Made by a program: the position numbers and the translations under genes. A stretch of DNA of 64,000 bases from Candidatus Omnitrophota bacterium (GTDB lineage Bacteria > Omnitrophota > Gorgyraeia > Gygaellales > Profunditerraquicolaceae): the NCBI GenBank assembly GCA_041308845.1, contig JBFZAT010000026.1, forward strand, positions 41,102 to 105,101, written 5' to 3'. The notes under the pieces were generated by a model. The model searched no databases. It saw nothing but the letters and a program-made list of their open reading frames with translations, and was not told where the DNA came from. Each line of letters begins with the position of its first letter. Position 1 is the stretch's first letter. Shown piece after piece: positions 60,201 through 64,000 of the stretch.

Positions 60201-62126
60201 ATGCGGAAATTTAAAGTTAGATTTCTACCCGATAATCTGGTGATTATGGTAGAAGAGAATAAAACCATTCTTTCTGCGGCGATATCCGCAGGCATTTATC
60301 TGAACTCTAATTGTTCTGGTGAAGGTACTTGTGGAAAATGTAAAGTGGTGATCAAGCAGGGGACAGTTAAAACTCGACCTAACGGAATGATCAGCGAGCA
60401 AGAAAAAAAGGATAATGTATATTTAGCTTGTTTGACTACTGTTCAAGGGGAGCTGGAAGTTTTAATCCCGGAGAGCTCCCGGTTTGATTTTGATCAACTT
60501 ACACCCGAGCAGTTACAAGAACGCTTAGTAGGTTTATACGCTCAGGCTGAGGAGCTCCCGCTAGAAAATCCGAAATTTGAAGATGAAATTTTTCAGCATT
60601 CGCCTTTTTCCAGGAAAGTATATTTAGAACTGCCGAAACCTACACTTAATGATAGCATTAGCGATTTAGAAAGGTTATACCGCAGCTTGCGTAATCTGGA
60701 GAATTTTCCGGTCATCTCAACCGGGATATTTAATATTCGCCAGTTAGGTGAGTTATTACGTAATTATGATTGGAAGGTTACTGTAACTTTGACCCGGCGT
60801 CACGATGCAGTGGAGATTGTATCCATTGAACCCGGTGATACTAGTGATAAGAATTTCGGGTTTTGTTTTGATATCGGTACGACTACAATTTCCGGTCAAT
60901 TAGTAAACCTGAATACTAACCAGGTTATTGGGACTAAGGCTGCTTCTAATCCGCAGGCGGCTTTTGGCAGCGATGTCATCACCCGGATTGTTTATGCCGC
61001 TCAAGTTGCAGGGTTAGAGAAATTGCACCTGATGGTCTCAGATACGATGAATCGGATTATTCAGGATTTAACCGCTGAGTATCAAATTGCTCTCAATGAC
61101 GTTAATTGTATTGTTTGTTCGGGTAACACCACGATGATTCATTTACTTTTACGCATGGACCCTCAACATATTCGTCGGCATCCCTACATTCCTACGGCAA
61201 ATTACATCCCGGTTCTACCAGCTAAGGAAGCGGGAATTAAAATTAATCCGCGCGGGTTTATGCGTTGCGTTTCCGGGGTAGCTAGTTATGTTGGCGGAGA
61301 TGTTACTGCCGGCGTTTTGTCCAGCCGGATATATAAGCAGACAGATCCTTGTATTTTGATCGATATCGGCACAAACGGGGAAATTATATTGGGGAATCGG
61401 GATTTCTTAGTAGCTGCTGCGGCTTCTGCCGGGCCGGCTTTTGAAGGCAGCGGAGTAACCAGCGGTATGCGCGCCGCCAGCGGAGCGATCCAAAAAGTAA
61501 GAATTGATAAAAAAGATTTAAACGTTCAATATAGCACGATCCAGGATAAGTTACCCCGTGGAATCTGCGGTTCGGGTTATATTGATTTATTGAGTGAAAT
61601 GTTAAGTTCCGGGGTAATTGACAAGGCCGGGAAAATTAAGGTTCAGGGCCGGCGTGTCCGTCCTAGCGCTAGCGGTTTAGAATTTGTAGTTTGTTTTAAG
61701 GAAGATATCCAAGCCCAGGCAGATATTGTAATTAACGAAGCAGATATCGAAAATCTCAAGCGCTCTAAAGCCGCTATTTATTCTGCTACGGCAATTTTGA
61801 CTAGGCATTTAGAGCTAAGTTTCTGCAATATCTCTAAAATATTTATTGCTGGCGGATTCGGGACGTATCTGGATGTCCAAAAGGCAATCAGTATAGGGTT
61901 ATTACCGGATTTACCGCTTAATAAATTTATCTTTATCGGAAATAGTTCTTTAGCCGGAGCCCGGGAAATTCTTTTATCCCAACAAGCAATGGTAATGGCC
62001 GATACACTGGCGGCTAAAATTACTTATTTTGAATTATCTGTAGACCCGGCTTACATGGATGAATACGGGCAGGCATTATTCTTTCCGCATACAGATTTAA
62101 CTAAGTTTCCCCGGGTGAGCTTTTAA
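60201..62126 (+). CDS. acsV: reductive activator of CoFeSP (RACo): [2Fe-2S] ferredoxin domain plus ASKHA ATPase domain
   Basis: N-terminal plant-type ferredoxin CSGEGTCGKCKV; 641 aa; a C-terminal ASKHA fold. It sits between acsC and cooC as in Moorella orf7. Confidence 0.75.
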   Translation: MRKFKVRFLPDNLVIMVEENKTILSAAISAGIYLNSNCSGEGTCGKCKVVIKQGTVKTRPNGMISEQEKKDNVYLACLTTVQGELEVLIPESSRFDFDQLTPEQLQERLVGLYAQAEELPLENPKFEDEIFQHSPFSRKVYLELPKPTLNDSISDLERLYRSLRNLENFPVISTGIFNIRQLGELLRNYDWKVTVTLTRRHDAVEIVSIEPGDTSDKNFGFCFDIGTTTISGQLVNLNTNQVIGTKAASNPQAAFGSDVITRIVYAAQVAGLEKLHLMVSDTMNRIIQDLTAEYQIALNDVNCIVCSGNTTMIHLLLRMDPQHIRRHPYIPTANYIPVLPAKEAGIKINPRGFMRCVSGVASYVGGDVTAGVLSSRIYKQTDPCILIDIGTNGEIILGNRDFLVAAAASAGPAFEGSGVTSGMRAASGAIQKVRIDKKDLNVQYSTIQDKLPRGICGSGYIDLLSEMLSSGVIDKAGKIKVQGRRVRPSASGLEFVVCFKEDIQAQADIVINEADIENLKRSKAAIYSATAILTRHLELSFCNISKIFIAGGFGTYLDVQKAISIGLLPDLPLNKFIFIGNSSLAGAREILLSQQAMVMADTLAAKITYFELSVDPAYMDEYGQALFFPHTDLTKFPRVSF

Positions 62127-62878
62127 TGGGATACCTGATTGCTTTAGCCGGCAAAGGAGGCACGGGTAAGACTACGCTCGCTGCTTTACTTATCCGTATT
62201 TTAAAAGAAAAAAAAATGGGCTCAATCCTGGCCATTGACGCTGATCCCAATAGCAATCTGGGTGAAGTTCTAGGAGTTAAGGTAACCGATAATGTTGGCG
62301 CGATCCTGGATCAGATTACTTCTAGTCCGGAAAAGATACCGGCGGGTATGGCCAAAGAACGTTTTATCCAACATCAGGTGCAAGCGGCGATTTATGAAGC
62401 GGATGGTTTTGATTTATTAAATATGGGTAAACCCGAAGGTCCGGGTTGTTATTGTTACGTAAACAACATTTTACGCGGTCTGATCTCTAAATTGATCCAG
62501 GATTATGAATTTGTGATCATGGATAATGAAGCTGGATTAGAGCATTTGTCGCGGCGCACCAGCCGCTTGGCGGATATTTTAATTGTGGTTTCTGATCCTT
62601 CTTGTGTAGGTTTAAGTTCGGCCCAGCGGATCAGTGAACTTGCTGAGGCTTTAAAATTCGAAATTAAGAAGAAGGTGCTGTTAGTTAACCGTTATAACCG
62701 TGTTCTGCTTGAAGATAAAATTCAAGAAACTGGCTTAGAACTTTTAGGTAGCCTGCCTTTTGAGGCTCAACTACAGGAATTAAGTTTTAACGGCGGATCA
62801 GTTTTTGATTTAAATTCAGATGCGCAAATTCTAAAGGCACTTAATTCGTTAGGAGGCCGAATATGGAACCACAACTAA
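62126..62878 (+). CDS. acsF: CooC-type nickel-insertion ATPase (MinD/ParA family)
   Basis: Deviant Walker A GKGGTGKTT and a CooC-like CxC region (GPGCYCYV). Confidence 0.8.
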   Translation: MGYLIALAGKGGTGKTTLAALLIRILKEKKMGSILAIDADPNSNLGEVLGVKVTDNVGAILDQITSSPEKIPAGMAKERFIQHQVQAAIYEADGFDLLNMGKPEGPGCYCYVNNILRGLISKLIQDYEFVIMDNEAGLEHLSRRTSRLADILIVVSDPSCVGLSSAQRISELAEALKFEIKKKVLLVNRYNRVLLEDKIQETGLELLGSLPFEAQLQELSFNGGSVFDLNSDAQILKALNSLGGRIWNHN

Positions 62879-63798
62879 TCCTTGAAAAATGGCCGGGAGT
62901 AATTTCTACAGTGTCAATCGGAGCTAGCCCCGGCGCGGGCGTATCCGGCAGTCCGGCTTTATCAATCGGTGGCCAGACGGGTATGCCTTTATTATTTAAA
63001 GAAGGTTTAATGCCTAACCCGCCAAAGATTGCCTTCGAAATATGGGATATTGCTCCGTTTGATCTTGATCAAGCATTGCTTACTGTTTACGGTTCTTGCT
63101 TGAAGGATCCTATAGCCTGGGCAGAGCATTGTGTTTATGAATATAAAGCCCAGTTGCTCTGTTTAAAGATGCAGGGAGCGCATCCTGATTTTGGTGATAA
63201 GACTCCCCAACAGTCTGCTGAGTTTGTTTCCAAGTTATTAACTAAGCTTAAGGTGCCTTTAATTATTGTCGGCAGCGGGGATAACGCTAAGGATAATTTA
63301 ATTATGCCGGCTTGCTCGGAGGCAGCTAAAGGCCAGCGTTGTTTGATCGGTAGCGCAGTCCAGGATAATTACAAAACTTTGGTTGCCAGCGCTCTAGCTG
63401 ATGGCCACAGTATTATTGCTGAAAGTCCGATTGATATTAATATTGCCAAGCAATTAAATATACTAATCTCTGATATGGGATTAAGTTTAGAGCGCATTGT
63501 CATGGATCCGACCATCGGAGCTTTAGGTTATGGTTTAGAATATGCCTATTCAATTATGGAAAGGGCTAGATTAGCGGCTTTGTCCGGGGATAAAACCTTA
63601 GCTTGTCCGTTTATTTGTTTTGTCGGCCAGGAGGCCTGGAGGACTAAAGAAGCCAAAGTATCCTCGGAGCAGGGAATTATCTGGGAAACATTGACTGCCA
63701 CTAGCTTAATTCAGGCCGGAGCTGACCTTTTGGTAATGCGCCATCCGCAAGCCGTTGAGCAAGTACGGAATTTTATAAAACTTTTGTTTAAGGAGTAA
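62863..63798 (+). CDS. acsD: corrinoid iron-sulfur protein small subunit (acetyl-CoA decarbonylase/synthase delta)
   Basis: 311 aa TIM-barrel protein of AcsD size; position between cooC and acsE. Confidence 0.75.
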   Translation: MEPQLILEKWPGVISTVSIGASPGAGVSGSPALSIGGQTGMPLLFKEGLMPNPPKIAFEIWDIAPFDLDQALLTVYGSCLKDPIAWAEHCVYEYKAQLLCLKMQGAHPDFGDKTPQQSAEFVSKLLTKLKVPLIIVGSGDNAKDNLIMPACSEAAKGQRCLIGSAVQDNYKTLVASALADGHSIIAESPIDINIAKQLNILISDMGLSLERIVMDPTIGALGYGLEYAYSIMERARLAALSGDKTLACPFICFVGQEAWRTKEAKVSSEQGIIWETLTATSLIQAGADLLVMRHPQAVEQVRNFIKLLFKE

Positions 63799-63800
63799 GG

Positions 63801-64000
63801 ATGTTTATTGTCGGTGAATTAATTAATGGGATGTATGCGAATATTGCTTTAGCGCTTAAAGAGCGGAATAAGAGTATTGTGCAAACCTGTGCTTTAGAGC
63901 AAATTGCCGCTGGGGCAGATGCTTTGGACCTTTGCTGTGGGCCGGCTTCTTTAAATCCGTTAGTGGATATGCCTTGGCTGGTGGAAACAGTGCAGGAGGT
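63801..64000 (+). CDS. acsE: methyltetrahydrofolate:corrinoid/iron-sulfur protein methyltransferase, N-terminal 66 aa (3' end beyond the window)
   Basis: MFIVGELINGMYANI...ALDLCCGPA matches the AcsE/MeTr N-terminus (ERINGMF...ALDLNVGPA). Confidence 0.7.
   Translation, partial: MFIVGELINGMYANIALALKERNKSIVQTCALEQIAAGADALDLCCGPASLNPLVDMPWLVETVQE

Noticed and set aside
1-64000. Looked for CRISPR arrays, IS elements, transposases, integrases, toxin-antitoxin pairs and phage genes
   Set aside because: No direct-repeat/spacer arrays, no inverted-repeat-bounded transposase ORFs and no integrase or recombinase ORFs were found. The only hint of mobility is the duplicated tRNA 3' end at 34451-34478.

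Overview
This is a densely packed, AT-rich bacterial chromosomal window with no obvious mobile DNA and no CRISPR array. About 65 genes are called, and every one except a single gene is on the + strand. The content is mostly housekeeping: miaB-like and miaA, hflX, an hrcA-grpE-dnaK-dnaJ heat-shock operon preceded by a small MerR/HspR-like gene, accD, dnaG-rpoD, ruvCA, scpB, an aromatic amino-acid block (pheA, hisC-like aminotransferase, DAHP synthase, tyrA), cmk, lepA, lepB, pgsA, plsY, gatCAB, ctpA and tsaD. Accessory and lifestyle content: a nucleotide-sugar block (ugd, wbpO-like, wbpP-like, UDP-xylose synthase) next to lptD, three c-di-GMP proteins (two tandem GAF-GGDEF, one 1146-aa multi-PAS/GGDEF/HD-GYP), a lone minus-strand GH94-like glycoside phosphorylase (1065 aa), and at the 3' end a Wood-Ljungdahl corrinoid module (acsC, RACo/acsV, acsF/cooC, acsD, acsE partial) preceded by larB. 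RNA genes not in the ORF track: tRNA(CAT) with tRNA-Ile2-like features, tRNA-Val(CAC), and a type-A-like RNase P RNA that starts immediately after the rnhA stop codon. Several ORF-track entries sit on these RNAs and are spurious. The most unusual observations are a bactofilin carrying a C-terminal excisionase-type HTH next to a paralogous HTH that is membrane-anchored, a GC-rich structured ~140-nt segment between two tRNAs that ends in a duplicated tRNA 3' end, and the larB / acs juxtaposition. Inference only: gene content (LptD, WLP module, HD-GYP) suggests an uncultivated anaerobic diderm lineage.
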